Shown here one piece after another: positions 51,006-60,838 of a DNA stretch of 64,000 bases; the first letter of the stretch is position 1; every line of letters begins with the position of its first letter. Where the stretch lies: contig JAFYJW010000061.1 in assembly GCA_017537925.1 (NCBI GenBank), forward strand, positions 12,660-76,659, written 5' to 3'. The translations under genes were made by a program, and so were the position numbers. The notes under the pieces are model-generated. The model ran no database searches and was not told the origin of the DNA. It worked only from the letters and a program-made list of their open reading frames with translations. The DNA is from Synergistes sp. (GTDB taxonomy: Bacteria > Synergistota > Synergistia > Synergistales > Synergistaceae).

Positions 51006-53363
51006 TTACTCTCTTTCAACCTCCAGCACTCCGGAAATATTATTGAGTTTTGCCATGATCCTGTAAAGGTGCTCCAGATCCTTTACCTGAAAATCCGCCA
51101 CGATGCGGGAACTTGTATTGTGAACGACGCGCGAGACAAGGCCGTCCATCTGCGCCGTAGTCTGGACTATATCGGCCAGAAGCGAAGGCTTTTCCACTCC
51201 TTCGACTCTGACGCGGGCCGTATAGCGCGTATCTTTCGGCTTTCCCCAGTACACTTCGACACGCTTTGCGGCGTCGCTTTTTTCAAGGTTGGGACAATCT
51301 CTGCGGTGCACGGATATTCCGCGGTTCTGAGTAACGAAGCCGACGATGCCGTCTCCCGGTATGGGCTTGCAGCAGTGAGCCAGCGTTACGAGCACACCGG
51401 GCAGACCGTTTACGATAACTTCGGAATCGGCCTCTTTTCTCGGACGGGCGGCAAGGTCGCCTGCCGAAAACGCGTCGGCTGAGATCTCCGGCTGTGTTTT
51501 CGGCGCATCCGGAGAAACGCGCCCGAATATGCTTGAAGCGGAATGGCTGCCGGCGCCGATCGCGACTATAAGATCGTCAAGCCCGCCGTAGCCCAATTCG
51601 CGCGCAATGTGTGAAAGCTGGGAAGTAAACGGCGCAAGCGACGTTCCGCTCTCGGGATAACGTTTCGCCGCCTCCCTTTCCAGCAGCTCACGTCCGTGCG
51701 CGAGCTTTTCCTCGCGTCCCTGGCTCTCCTGCTGGCGGAACCATGCCCTTATCTTGTTGCGGGCACGGCTCGATTTCGCGATCTTTAGCCAGTCGCGGGA
51801 CGGCTTACCCTGCGGTGAAGTCAGTATCTTTACTATATTCCCGTCCGTGAGTTCCTGGTCGAGGGAAGCGATGCGCCCGTTTATCACTGTGCCGACGCAG
51901 GTATGTCCCACTTCTGTGTGAACCGCGTAGGCAAAGTCTATCGACGTCGATCCTTTCGGGATGCGCACGATTCTTCCCTTGGGCGTATATACAAAGACCT
52001 CCTCCGTGAGCACATCGGTCTTCAGGTTGTCTAAAAAGAGCGTTCCGCCCGAGTCCGCGCTGCCTTCCTTCTGCGGCGCATCCTCCGAAGACGGCGCTGT
52101 CTGAGCGGAATCGAGCGCCATACGGATGAAGTTCAGGCGCTTGTCCATCTCGTCTATCTTTTTTCCGCCTTCTTTATAGTTCCAGTGCGCCGCTATGCCG
52201 TACTCGGCTAATAAATTCATCTCCTCGGTGCGTATCTGGATCTCCAGCGGGTCGCCCTCCGGCCCCATCACCGTGGTATGAAGTGACTGATACTGGTTTC
52301 TTTTCGGGTTTGCTATGTAATCGTCAAACAATCCGGGAATCGGGCTCCACAGCGTATGGACGATGCCCAGCACCTGATAGCATTCGCTTATCGTTTTTAC
52401 GATCACACGGAGCGCGAGTATATCATAGAGCTGGTCGAAAGAGAGATTTTTGCGGCGCATCTTGCAGTAAATGCTGTAAATGTGTTTTGAGCGCCCCTTG
52501 ACCGACGCGTTGATTCCCTCTTCCGTCAGCTTGTTGCTCAAAATGTCCATTGCTTTCTTTACGGCTTCCTCACGGTGAGGGAGCTTCTTGCGGACGCGGC
52601 GCTTTATGTCGTAGTAGGTCTCCGGGTCAAGGATGCAGAACGCAAGATCTTCGAGTTCCCGCTTTATCTGATAAATGCCCAGCCTGTGCGCGAGAGGAGC
52701 ATAGATCTCAAGCGTTTCACGGGATATTTTTTCCTGCTTTTCATGTTTGTGGGAGGATATCGTCCGCATGTTGTGCAGACGGTCGGCAAGCTTTATAAAT
52801 ACGACGCGGATATCCTTCGCCATATGGGAAAACATCTTGCGCAGGTTCTCGGACTGATACTCTTCTTCCGAATCAAACTGCAGTTTCCCGAGTTTGGTAA
52901 CGCCGTCCACCAGCGTCAGCACTTCTTCGCCGAATTTTTCCTTCAGCTGTTCGGGAGTCGCTTCGGTATCCTCAAGGACGTCGTGCGTGAGCGCGGCTAT
53001 AATGACGTCTCTGTCGAACTTCATTCCCGCAAGTATCGAGGCGACAGATACAGTGTGTATCACGTAAGGTTCGCCGGTATGGCGGCGCTGGCTGCCGTGC
53101 ATTGCCGAAGCGAAGACAAAAGCTTCGCCTACCTGCATTGCGTCCGCTTTGGGAAGATACTGTGCCATCTTGCTCCAGAGCTCCTGCCATGCAAGACGCA
53201 GCGACGGCACGCGCTGATCCTCGGGGATGCGTCCCCAGTAGCCTTCCATCAGCGCTCGGCTTTCTTTTTCGGCGGCGGGGAATCCCCCTTTGCCGGCTAT
53301 CTCCCTTATATGTGCTGAAAGAACGTTTGGTGCAGCTTTACTGTCAGTTTTCGATGATTCCAT
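51006..53363 (-). CDS. relA: bifunctional (p)ppGpp synthetase/hydrolase (RelA/SpoT homologue)
   Basis: HD hydrolase domain (HTVSVA...LTHDVLEDT), synthetase domain (YQSLHTTV, EIQIRT), and TGS and ACT-like C-terminal domains. Confidence 0.95.
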   Translation of the reverse strand: MESSKTDSKAAPNVLSAHIREIAGKGGFPAAEKESRALMEGYWGRIPEDQRVPSLRLAWQELWSKMAQYLPKADAMQVGEAFVFASAMHGSQRRHTGEPYVIHTVSVASILAGMKFDRDVIIAALTHDVLEDTEATPEQLKEKFGEEVLTLVDGVTKLGKLQFDSEEEYQSENLRKMFSHMAKDIRVVFIKLADRLHNMRTISSHKHEKQEKISRETLEIYAPLAHRLGIYQIKRELEDLAFCILDPETYYDIKRRVRKKLPHREEAVKKAMDILSNKLTEEGINASVKGRSKHIYSIYCKMRRKNLSFDQLYDILALRVIVKTISECYQVLGIVHTLWSPIPGLFDDYIANPKRNQYQSLHTTVMGPEGDPLEIQIRTEEMNLLAEYGIAAHWNYKEGGKKIDEMDKRLNFIRMALDSAQTAPSSEDAPQKEGSADSGGTLFLDNLKTDVLTEEVFVYTPKGRIVRIPKGSTSIDFAYAVHTEVGHTCVGTVINGRIASLDQELTDGNIVKILTSPQGKPSRDWLKIAKSSRARNKIRAWFRQQESQGREEKLAHGRELLEREAAKRYPESGTSLAPFTSQLSHIARELGYGGLDDLIVAIGAGSHSASSIFGRVSPDAPKTQPEISADAFSAGDLAARPRKEADSEVIVNGLPGVLVTLAHCCKPIPGDGIVGFVTQNRGISVHRRDCPNLEKSDAAKRVEVYWGKPKDTRYTARVRVEGVEKPSLLADIVQTTAQMDGLVSRVVHNTSSRIVADFQVKDLEHLYRIMAKLNNISGVLEVERE

Positions 53364-53390
53364 GATACGCTACCGCAGCTGATTCCAATA

Positions 53391-55046
53391 TCAGCGTATT
53401 ACCATTTTTTCAAGCACGAACTGGAGCGACGTGACATTGTGCCATGTGTCGATCCTCGGCTTGTAGACCCAGCCTTCGATATCTTCCGTGCCGCCGAACA
53501 TGTCGGCCGCGCCGAACGCAAGAAGAGAAGCCGCGCCGGTATCTATCCTGACATGCTTCCCGGTCTTCCCGAGCGGCACGACGTTCATACTGCCGCTGAA
53601 GCCGGAATAAAACAGAGGGAAAGGATTTCCCATGCCGAACGGACCCAGCGCGCAGGCTTCAGACCATGTATCTATATCCATCTCTTCCGGCTCCCAGCAG
53701 AGCAGATCTTCTTTGCAGGAAGCAGGCTTAACGAGAGAAAGCATCTCCTCCAGTGTATCGCGGACCTTTTCCCAGTTTTCGGCCTTTACGCTGAAACCGG
53801 CCGCAAGACGGTGCCCGCCCCACGTGTTGAGCAGCGGAGATATCTGCTTCAGGACCCCGACCGCGTCTCCGTCGGCAGGCATGCGCAGCGTACCGCGCAT
53901 GATATCGCCGACAGACGCTACAAGAGCGATCGGAGAGTTGCGCTCGCCGCAGATCCTGCTTGCGACGCTGCTTAAAACGCCGACGGACCATTCGCTGTTC
54001 GTGAGCACATATCTGTAATCGCCCTCAGAAGCGCTTACCTGGTCGAGTATCTTTGAAGACAGCTCGCGCCTCCTTCTGTTGAGAGCGATAAGGCGGCTTA
54101 CGTTCAGCGCAAGATTTTCCCCCGGGAATAGTATATCTTCGGCAAGGTCCGCAAGATAAAGGCGTCCTGCCGCGTTGAGGCAGGGTATGACCTTCATCGC
54201 AAGATCCTCGGTATCCACCGAGGCAGGCGATATGCCGAGCTGCTCCATAAGGATGGAAAGCCCCGGCCTCGTATTTGTGCGTATGGACCTGAGCCCTTCA
54301 CGGACCAGCACTCTGTTCAGCGGCAAAGCAAGAGAAACGCAGTCGGCTATCGTGGCAAGCGCCACGACGTCGAGCACTCTGAGCAGAGACTCTTCGGGAA
54401 GCAGTTTATTCTGCCATATCCAGCACCACAGAACAGCTGCCGCGCAAAGCTTTTTTGCCGCGGAATCTCCGGATATCTGCGGATTTATCAGCGAATCGGC
54501 TTCAGCCAGGGTGCCTTCGACAAGATGATGGTCGAATATGACGACAGGAATCCCCGACGACTTGAGGACCTCCACGGCCGCTGCGTCCTGGGAACCGCAG
54601 TCCACGACAATCACAAGGTCGCAGCCGTACTTTACTATCTCTCCGGCTACGTTCTTATGGAAACCGTATCCCTGATTGAATCTGTGCGGAATAAAATAGC
54701 GCACATGCGCGCCGCGGGAGATCACAAGCTCTATAGCCACGGCGGTCGCCGATATGCCGTCAACGTCATAATCCCCGTACACGATGACCCTTGAAGAGGG
54801 GGTAAGGCCTCTTATAAGTTCGGCCGCTCCGCGCCCCTTCTCTCCTAGGTCCAGCGTCTCAAGCAGATGAGTCATCGAAGGCGCAAGCCAGCCGCTCACC
54901 TCTTCCTGCGATGTATCGGCGGTCACACCCCGCATCTCAAGAAGAGAAGCCTGTATCGGAGAACAGTCGAATTTTGCCGCGATCTCCTCAGATATACCGG
55001 ATCTCCTGTATATATTAAGAGATTCCTTTGTACAGCGGACGACCAA
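53391..55046 (-). CDS. recJ: single-stranded-DNA-specific exonuclease RecJ
   Basis: DHH motifs (VYGDYDVDGISA, IVVDCGS, FDHH) and DHHA1 (GGHRLAAG). Confidence 0.9.
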   Translation of the reverse strand: MVVRCTKESLNIYRRSGISEEIAAKFDCSPIQASLLEMRGVTADTSQEEVSGWLAPSMTHLLETLDLGEKGRGAAELIRGLTPSSRVIVYGDYDVDGISATAVAIELVISRGAHVRYFIPHRFNQGYGFHKNVAGEIVKYGCDLVIVVDCGSQDAAAVEVLKSSGIPVVIFDHHLVEGTLAEADSLINPQISGDSAAKKLCAAAVLWCWIWQNKLLPEESLLRVLDVVALATIADCVSLALPLNRVLVREGLRSIRTNTRPGLSILMEQLGISPASVDTEDLAMKVIPCLNAAGRLYLADLAEDILFPGENLALNVSRLIALNRRRRELSSKILDQVSASEGDYRYVLTNSEWSVGVLSSVASRICGERNSPIALVASVGDIMRGTLRMPADGDAVGVLKQISPLLNTWGGHRLAAGFSVKAENWEKVRDTLEEMLSLVKPASCKEDLLCWEPEEMDIDTWSEACALGPFGMGNPFPLFYSGFSGSMNVVPLGKTGKHVRIDTGAASLLAFGAADMFGGTEDIEGWVYKPRIDTWHNVTSLQFVLEKMVIR

Positions 55047-55048
55047 AG

Positions 55049-55405
55049 TTACTCAGACAGCTCGCTTTCCCGGCTTTCCGGTTCCTGTACGGTCTCGCTT
55101 GCAGCAGTCTGGCTGTTGTGGGCCAGCGTATCGATGATAGCTTTCTTTTCTTTTTCGAGAGCTTCGATCTTTTCGTCTCTGGCCTTTATTTCTTTCTTCA
55201 GCTTAGAACGCACCTCAAAGACCGAGAAGAGAGAAAAGAACCACATAATGGCGGCTCCGGTGGAAAATAGCACCACTTCCCAGACGCCCTGCGGAAAGAC
55301 CTTTTCAAATATAAGGAAACGCACTGTCACGTCGTTGATATTCTGAAAAGCAAACAGAGCCGAAAGGAACATCGTCAGTACGATAGCAAGAATGTAACTT
55401 TTCAA
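55049..55405 (-). CDS. LapA-domain (DUF1049) membrane protein
   Basis: Two TM helices with FQNINDVTVRF, followed by a short coiled coil. Confidence 0.7.
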   Translation of the reverse strand: MKSYILAIVLTMFLSALFAFQNINDVTVRFLIFEKVFPQGVWEVVLFSTGAAIMWFFSLFSVFEVRSKLKKEIKARDEKIEALEKEKKAIIDTLAHNSQTAASETVQEPESRESELSE

Positions 55406-55475
55406 TTAGATTCCCCCCATTAGCGAAAGCCTCGCAAATTCTTCTGCATATACCGATATATCATACAACATAAAA

Positions 55476-55510
55476 TAAAAAAAATCTCTCCCGGCCGGCG
55501 GGAGAGATTT
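55476..55510 (-). terminator. intrinsic terminator after secF
   Basis: Minus-strand stem ATCTCTCCCG..CGGGAGAGAT followed by TTTTTTTTATTTT. Confidence 0.85.
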
Positions 55511-55533
55511 CCGATATTGACCGCGCTCTGTTT

Positions 55534-56415
55534 TTAGAATTTCGGAGAGCGTTTATACCATTCGACCAAAAGCGAACTGGCTATATATATCGAGCTGTAT
55601 GTACCGACAAGGATCCCGACGAGGAATGCAAACGCGAAGTTGCTTATTACTTCCCCGCCGAAAATGAACATTGCAATAACGGGAAGCAGCGTCGTAAGCG
55701 AAGTATTGATGGTGCGCGAGAGCGTCTGGTTCACAGATGTGTTGACAAGGTTTTCGATGCCCATGCTGCGCACGTTTCCCCAGTTTTCACGGATACGGTC
55801 AAGGACGACTATCGAGTCGTTCAGCGAGTAGCCGGCGACTGTGAGAGCGGCCGCGATGAACGTCACCGAGATCTCCTTGCCTGTAAGGCTGTAGGCGCCG
55901 AGCATCAGGATAACGTCATGAACCAGCGCGGCAACGGCCGCCGCTCCGAAGCGGAAGCGGAAGCGATAAGCCATGTAGAGGAGGATGCCGGCAAGCGCTA
56001 TGATGAGAGAATAGGCAGCCTGCGAGCGCAGCTCCTTTCCGACGACGGGGCCTATCTTCTCCACGCGGAGAAGCTTGTAGCTGCCGACGTCGGACGAAAG
56101 CGCCGCAAGGACGTCCTTTCTCACCTGATCTTCCTGCGCCTGGAAACGAAGCATGACGTCATCGTCGGCAAACGCCTGTATCATCGCGTTTCCCTGGCCG
56201 ATTCCGGAAAGAGCGGAGCGTACCTTCGCTATATCCACAGGCTTGTCGAATTTTACCTGCAGCACAAGACCGCCGGTAAAATCGACCCCCAGATTAAGTC
56301 CTTTCGTAAGCAGGAGTGCAGCCGAGGCGATGATGCACAAAAGGCTTATGCTTACCAGTATCTTCCTGTACTTCATAAATGGGAAATTGAGTTTTGAAGC
56401 GTCAAAGGTAGCCAT
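55534..56415 (-). CDS. secF: protein translocase subunit SecF
   Basis: 293 aa. GLNLGVDFTGG, and the HDVILMLGAYS and LNDSIVVLDRIRE motifs. Confidence 0.9.
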   Translation of the reverse strand: MATFDASKLNFPFMKYRKILVSISLLCIIASAALLLTKGLNLGVDFTGGLVLQVKFDKPVDIAKVRSALSGIGQGNAMIQAFADDDVMLRFQAQEDQVRKDVLAALSSDVGSYKLLRVEKIGPVVGKELRSQAAYSLIIALAGILLYMAYRFRFRFGAAAVAALVHDVILMLGAYSLTGKEISVTFIAAALTVAGYSLNDSIVVLDRIRENWGNVRSMGIENLVNTSVNQTLSRTINTSLTTLLPVIAMFIFGGEVISNFAFAFLVGILVGTYSSIYIASSLLVEWYKRSPKF

Positions 56416-56432
56416 TTTTCATTGCCTCGTTT

Positions 56433-57815
56433 CTAAAGGGTAGTGTTTTTGCGGGCCGAAAGCAGTACGCCCAGCAGCGTCCGCGTAACTACAGTGTTGC
56501 AGAAGACAGACGCAACTACACCAACGCTCAGTGTTACAGCAAATCCGCGAATGGGACCGCTGCCGAAGTAGAAGAGGATCGCAGCCGCTATCAGCGTTGT
56601 TATGTTCGAGTCGAGTATTACGACCAGCGCTTTGCGGAAGCCCGCGTCAAGTGCCGCCATTATCGTTTTGCCAGAGCGGAATTCCTCTTTCATTCTTTCA
56701 TATATGAGTATATTGCCGTCGACCGCCATGCCTATCGTCAGCACCATACCTCCGATGCCCGGCAGCGTGAGCGTCGATTTAAGCGCTATGACCGCGGCGA
56801 TAACGAGCAGCATCGCGACAGCAAGGGCAATATCCGCGGCTATGCCGAGGAGACCGTAATAGACCACCATGAACACGACGACAAGCCCTGCGCCTATCAG
56901 GCCGGCCTTTACGCCGTCATGTATGGAGTCGGCTCCGAGGGACGGTCCGATGGAGCGGTTCTCAAGCACTTCGACTTCCACGGGCAGAGCGCCTGCGCGC
57001 AGCATGATGGCCAGACGGTTGGCCTCTTCTGTAGTGAATGAACCGGTGATCTGGGCTTCTCCGCCGGATATGCGCTGCTGGACTACAGGAGCCGAGATAA
57101 CGACGTTGTCGAGCACGATGGCGATCTGTTTCTGGATGTTTGCGGCGGTAGCCTCGTCAAAAAGCTTCGCGCCTTCCTGATTGAACTTCAGGGATACAGC
57201 GGCTTTGCCGAACTGATCGAACGTTGTCTCGGCCTTCGTAAGGTCTCCTCCGCCGACATACATCTTGCCCAGCAGATACGCGCTTCCGTTCTCGCTTCTG
57301 GAGACCGTCATTTCCGAATTGGCTTTTACGGCTTCCTCCATCTGCTTCACGTATTCGTCGACTTCCGCTTTAGCGGCGTTCCAGCGTTCCTGCGCTTCAT
57401 TGAACTGTTCGTCGCTGTCGTAATTCGACCGCACGGGCATCGCAGGCACTCTGGGAGATTCCCCCAACACCTGGCGGAACTGCAGCACCGCCGTGCGCCC
57501 TATCAGGTCAAGAGCAGCCTCCGGATCTTCGACACCGGGAAGGTCGACGGCAATCCTGTCTTCGCCTTCGCGCTGGATGACAGGTTCGGTGATCCCGTAC
57601 TGGTCTATGCGCGAACGCAGAACGACAAGGAGCCGTTCCAGACTGTCGGCCGTCAGCGGGCTCTCAGGTGTGTCCTTGGCTTTAAGGATGATATGAACGC
57701 CGCCTCTTAAGTCGAGACCGAGACGAATCCTGCCCTTTATCGGAAATGCCGTCACCGCTGCTATCAGAATGACGGCGGCGACTGCTGCCAGCCGCCATTT
57801 GTCTCTTTTTAACAT
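56433..57815 (-). CDS. secD: protein translocase subunit SecD
   Basis: 460 aa. LGLDLRGGVH, GIGGMVLTIGMAVDGNILIYERMKEE. Confidence 0.9.
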   Translation of the reverse strand: MLKRDKWRLAAVAAVILIAAVTAFPIKGRIRLGLDLRGGVHIILKAKDTPESPLTADSLERLLVVLRSRIDQYGITEPVIQREGEDRIAVDLPGVEDPEAALDLIGRTAVLQFRQVLGESPRVPAMPVRSNYDSDEQFNEAQERWNAAKAEVDEYVKQMEEAVKANSEMTVSRSENGSAYLLGKMYVGGGDLTKAETTFDQFGKAAVSLKFNQEGAKLFDEATAANIQKQIAIVLDNVVISAPVVQQRISGGEAQITGSFTTEEANRLAIMLRAGALPVEVEVLENRSIGPSLGADSIHDGVKAGLIGAGLVVVFMVVYYGLLGIAADIALAVAMLLVIAAVIALKSTLTLPGIGGMVLTIGMAVDGNILIYERMKEEFRSGKTIMAALDAGFRKALVVILDSNITTLIAAAILFYFGSGPIRGFAVTLSVGVVASVFCNTVVTRTLLGVLLSARKNTTL

Positions 57816-57893
57816 TTAATGCGCCTCCCCGCAAAGAAAAAGGAGTGGGCCAAAGGCCCTCTCCGCAAAAATCAATAAGCCGGGCCGTACAGG

Positions 57894-58310
57894 CTATGCT
57901 TTTTCTTCGCTGTCAGAGACTGTCTCTTCGGGTGCAGCTTCCTCAGAAACAGGTTCCTCTTCGCGGACAGGCTCGCCGGCAGGAAGTTCTTCCTTCTTGG
58001 ACTTCTTTTTCCTGGGCTGCTGCGGCGCACTGTTCATCTCGCTTTTCTTCATGGATATGGAACTCTTGAGAATGCGCACCTTAACGCCCTCGTCCAGCTC
58101 AATAAGATAGCTGTCGTCTAAAACATCGCGGACTACGCCGAAAAAACCGCCGGCTGTTATAACAGTGTCGCCCCTGCTTATACTTGCAAGCATATCATCG
58201 TGAGCTTTCTGCTTTTTTTTCTGCGGCCTGATGATCATGAAGTAGAAGATCGCCGCAAACATTGCCAGAGGCAACAACATACTTGTCAAACTGCCCTGCT
58301 GTCCACCCAA
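57894..58310 (-). CDS. yajC: preprotein translocase subunit YajC with an acidic C-terminal extension
   Basis: FYFMIIRPQKKKQK and GDTVITAGGFFGVV motifs. TTG start preceded by AAGGAGG. The tail is rich in E, P and K. Confidence 0.85.
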   Translation of the reverse strand: MGGQQGSLTSMLLPLAMFAAIFYFMIIRPQKKKQKAHDDMLASISRGDTVITAGGFFGVVRDVLDDSYLIELDEGVKVRILKSSISMKKSEMNSAPQQPRKKKSKKEELPAGEPVREEEPVSEEAAPEETVSDSEEKA

Positions 58311-58407
58311 AGAAATTCCTCCTTACGATACACACAGTACTTTATGCCTTTAACGGGCATACTGAGCTATTTTATCATGACATTATATATTATGGCTATC
58401 AATTAGA

Positions 58408-59064
58408 CTATATTAATTTGCCCGCCGGCTGGAAATTGTTTTTCTCGCGCTCCTTGAGGAAGAAAAGAAGCTTTTCAAGCTCGACGAATATGTCGACCCT
58501 GTAGAAGAGGATACGATCCGGGACTATGACCGTTGCCGGCGTAAAGGCAAGTATCCCCTTGAGCGTCGGAGAGCGCACGGCCTGGTCGACGCAGCTCTGC
58601 GCCGCGACGGCAGGAACCGCAAGCAGAAGGACTTCGATGTTGCGGTCCTCCATCACCCTTGCGATCTCATCGGAGTGGAAGCAGTCGACGCCCATTATCT
58701 TTCTGCCGACTTTTTCCGGATCCACGTCAAACAGCGCTTCTACACTGAATTTATAGCTCTTGAACGCCGCGTGCCCCATCAGAGCCGCGCCTAAATTCCC
58801 GACGCCTGCGAGGGCGACGCGCCATACGCGCGGCGAGGCAAGGATGTTTTCGATATGAGTGCAGAGGCGGTTCACATGATAGCCGACGCCGCGCTTCCCG
58901 ATCTCGCCGAAGTAGGAAAGATCCTTGCGCACCTGGCTTGCCTTTATGCCTAAGATCTCTCCGATCTGCAGCGAAGAAACGACCTTTCGCCCCTCCTCCT
59001 TCATGGAGGACATAAGTCTGTAATACTGTATCAGCCTTTCAACGGTCGGTTCGGCAACCTTCAT
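58408..59064 (-). CDS. rex: redox-sensing transcriptional repressor Rex
   Basis: TVERLIQYYRL...SSLQIGEILGIKASQVRKDLSYFGE winged helix, and a Rossmann motif ALAGVGNLG. Confidence 0.9.
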   Translation of the reverse strand: MKVAEPTVERLIQYYRLMSSMKEEGRKVVSSLQIGEILGIKASQVRKDLSYFGEIGKRGVGYHVNRLCTHIENILASPRVWRVALAGVGNLGAALMGHAAFKSYKFSVEALFDVDPEKVGRKIMGVDCFHSDEIARVMEDRNIEVLLLAVPAVAAQSCVDQAVRSPTLKGILAFTPATVIVPDRILFYRVDIFVELEKLLFFLKEREKNNFQPAGKLI

Positions 59065-59097
59065 ATGTTTCTCCTTTCACGCAAAGGTGATCGAATC

Positions 59098-59370
59098 TCA
59101 CCACGGCCTGATATCCAGATCAGCCTTCCTGTCGCTTATAGCTTCATATGCGGCAGCGTTACGCTTAAGAGCGCTTTCGTCCGCATTCAGCACTTTGACA
59201 GTAAGTATATGTCTCGGATACGCTATTTCTATCGTATCGTTCTCTTTTACTTCCGCCGACTGCTTTGACACGCGTCCGTTTATGCGCACCGCGCCTATCT
59301 CAGCCATTTCCTGAGCCGCAGTCCTGCGCTTTACCAGACGGGAAAGCTTTAAAAACTTGTCCAGTCTCAC
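59098..59370 (-). CDS. rqcP: S4-domain RNA-binding protein, RqcP/YabO (Hsp15-like)
   Basis: MRLDKFLKLSRLVKRRTAAQEMAEIGAVRING closely resembles the B. subtilis YabO/RqcP N-terminus, recalled from memory. Confidence 0.75.
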   Translation of the reverse strand: MRLDKFLKLSRLVKRRTAAQEMAEIGAVRINGRVSKQSAEVKENDTIEIAYPRHILTVKVLNADESALKRNAAAYEAISDRKADLDIRPW

Positions 59371-59479
59371 CGCCGCACCCCGTTCTCAATTAAAAAAGTA
59401 TAAAACTAAAGCTAAATTTGTGCAATAAATTACAAATGCTTCGAAACGATGGTACGTACATACCGCCGTTTCGAAAAAA

Positions 59480-60838
59480 TCACTCTATAAAATCTTTCAG
59501 TTTTTTGCTGCGGCTCGGATGCCTCAGCTTGCGGAGAGCCTTTGCTTCTATCTGCCTGATGCGTTCGCGTGTGACTCCGAAGCGCCTCCCGACTTCCTCA
59601 AGCGTATGCGCATGCCCGTCCTCAAGCCCGAAGCGCAGGCGAAGCACCTCGCGCTCTCTGTCGGTCAGATCGTCGAGCATCTCGTCAAGCTGCTCGCGCA
59701 GAATCTGGCTTGCCGCGGCTTCCTCCGGACTCGGAAGATCCTTGTCTTCAAGGAAATCCCCGAGCTGGCTGTCTTCTTCTTCACCGATAGGAGTCTCGAG
59801 CGATACAGGCTCCTGAGCGATGCGCTGAATCTCTTCCACCCTGTTGGGATCGACTTCCATGTTCTTCGCGATCTCTTCGGCTGTCGGTTCACGCCCGAGA
59901 CGCTGAACGAGCTGACGCGAAACGCGTATCAGCTTGTTTATCGTTTCGACCATATGCACAGGTATGCGTATCGTGCGGGCCTGGTCGGCTATCGCGCGCG
60001 TGATCGCCTGGCGTATCCACCATGTGGCATAGGTGCTGAACTTATATCCCTTATGGTAGTCGAATTTTTCGACCGCGCGTATAAGCCCTAAATTGCCCTC
60101 CTGAATCAGGTCAAGGAAAAGCATCCCGCGGCCGATATATTTTTTCGCAATGCTTACAACAAGGCGGAGGTTTGCCTCAACAAGCTTGTCCTTGCAGGAA
60201 TTGTCGCCCATTTCGACGCCCTTTGCGAGCATGACCTCGTCTTCGGACGTCAGAAGCGGTATCTTGCCTATCTCGCGCAGGTACATGCGCACAGGGTCGG
60301 AGAGCGGCAGATCTTCAAGGTCTCCCATCTCATCGCTGTTCACGGAACTGGTAATGATGGCTTCGCCTTCGGAGGGATCGACCTTGGTCTTCGGCTCGTC
60401 AAGGACGTCAACGCCCAGTTCCATAAGATTTGTGTACAGGTTGTCGAGGATATCGGCCGTAAGGAAATCCTTCGGCATTTTCTTTTCTATATCCTCGTAT
60501 GTGACAAATCCCTTCTCGCGCCCCTCATGGAGCAGTTCCCGGACGTTATCGATATACGCGGTGTAATCGACTGCGTCCTGGTCTTCAACAAGATTGTCCT
60601 CGCCGTCTTCGCTTTCTTCAGCCTTTTCGATGTCGCCTATATCGTCGGCGTCGTCTTCGACTTCATCTTCAAGCGCTATCTCATCGAATTCAGACTTCTC
60701 CAGCAGCTCGATATTTTCCGGTTTAGGCCCCTCGCTCATGATATCATCCATATCTTCGGCGTTTTCCGCCTCATCCGGGACCGGGGAGACTGTTTCAGGC
60801 ACAAATTCATCCGCTTTTTTGTTTTTTGTTTTTTTCAT
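59480..60838 (-). CDS. rpoD: RNA polymerase sigma factor RpoD (sigma-70)
   Basis: Acidic region 1.1. Region 2: [11 protein letters not shown]..., [16 protein letters not shown]. Region 4: [20 protein letters not shown]. The ATG at 60838 overlaps the dnaG stop (ATGA), with GGAGGG upstream. Confidence 0.95.
   Translation of the reverse strand: MKKTKNKKADEFVPETVSPVPDEAENAEDMDDIMSEGPKPENIELLEKSEFDEIALEDEVEDDADDIGDIEKAEESEDGEDNLVEDQDAVDYTAYIDNVRELLHEGREKGFVTYEDIEKKMPKDFLTADILDNLYTNLMELGVDVLDEPKTKVDPSEGEAIITSSVNSDEMGDLEDLPLSDPVRMYLREIGKIPLLTSEDEVMLAKGVEMGDNSCKDKLVEANLRLVVSIAKKYIGRGMLFLDLIQEGNLGLIRAVEKFDYHKGYKFSTYATWWIRQAITRAIADQARTIRIPVHMVETINKLIRVSRQLVQRLGREPTAEEIAKNMEVDPNRVEEIQRIAQEPVSLETPIGEEEDSQLGDFLEDKDLPSPEEAAASQILREQLDEMLDDLTDREREVLRLRFGLEDGHAHTLEEVGRRFGVTRERIRQIEAKALRKLRHPSRSKKLKDFIE

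Noticed and set aside
59440-59475. 9-bp-stem hairpin (TTCGAAACG...CGTTTCGAA) between rpoD and rqcP, considered as a terminator.
   Set aside because: - On the transcribed (minus) strand the T-run precedes the stem rather than following it.
- It may be an RNA processing or stability element, but I cannot support a terminator call.
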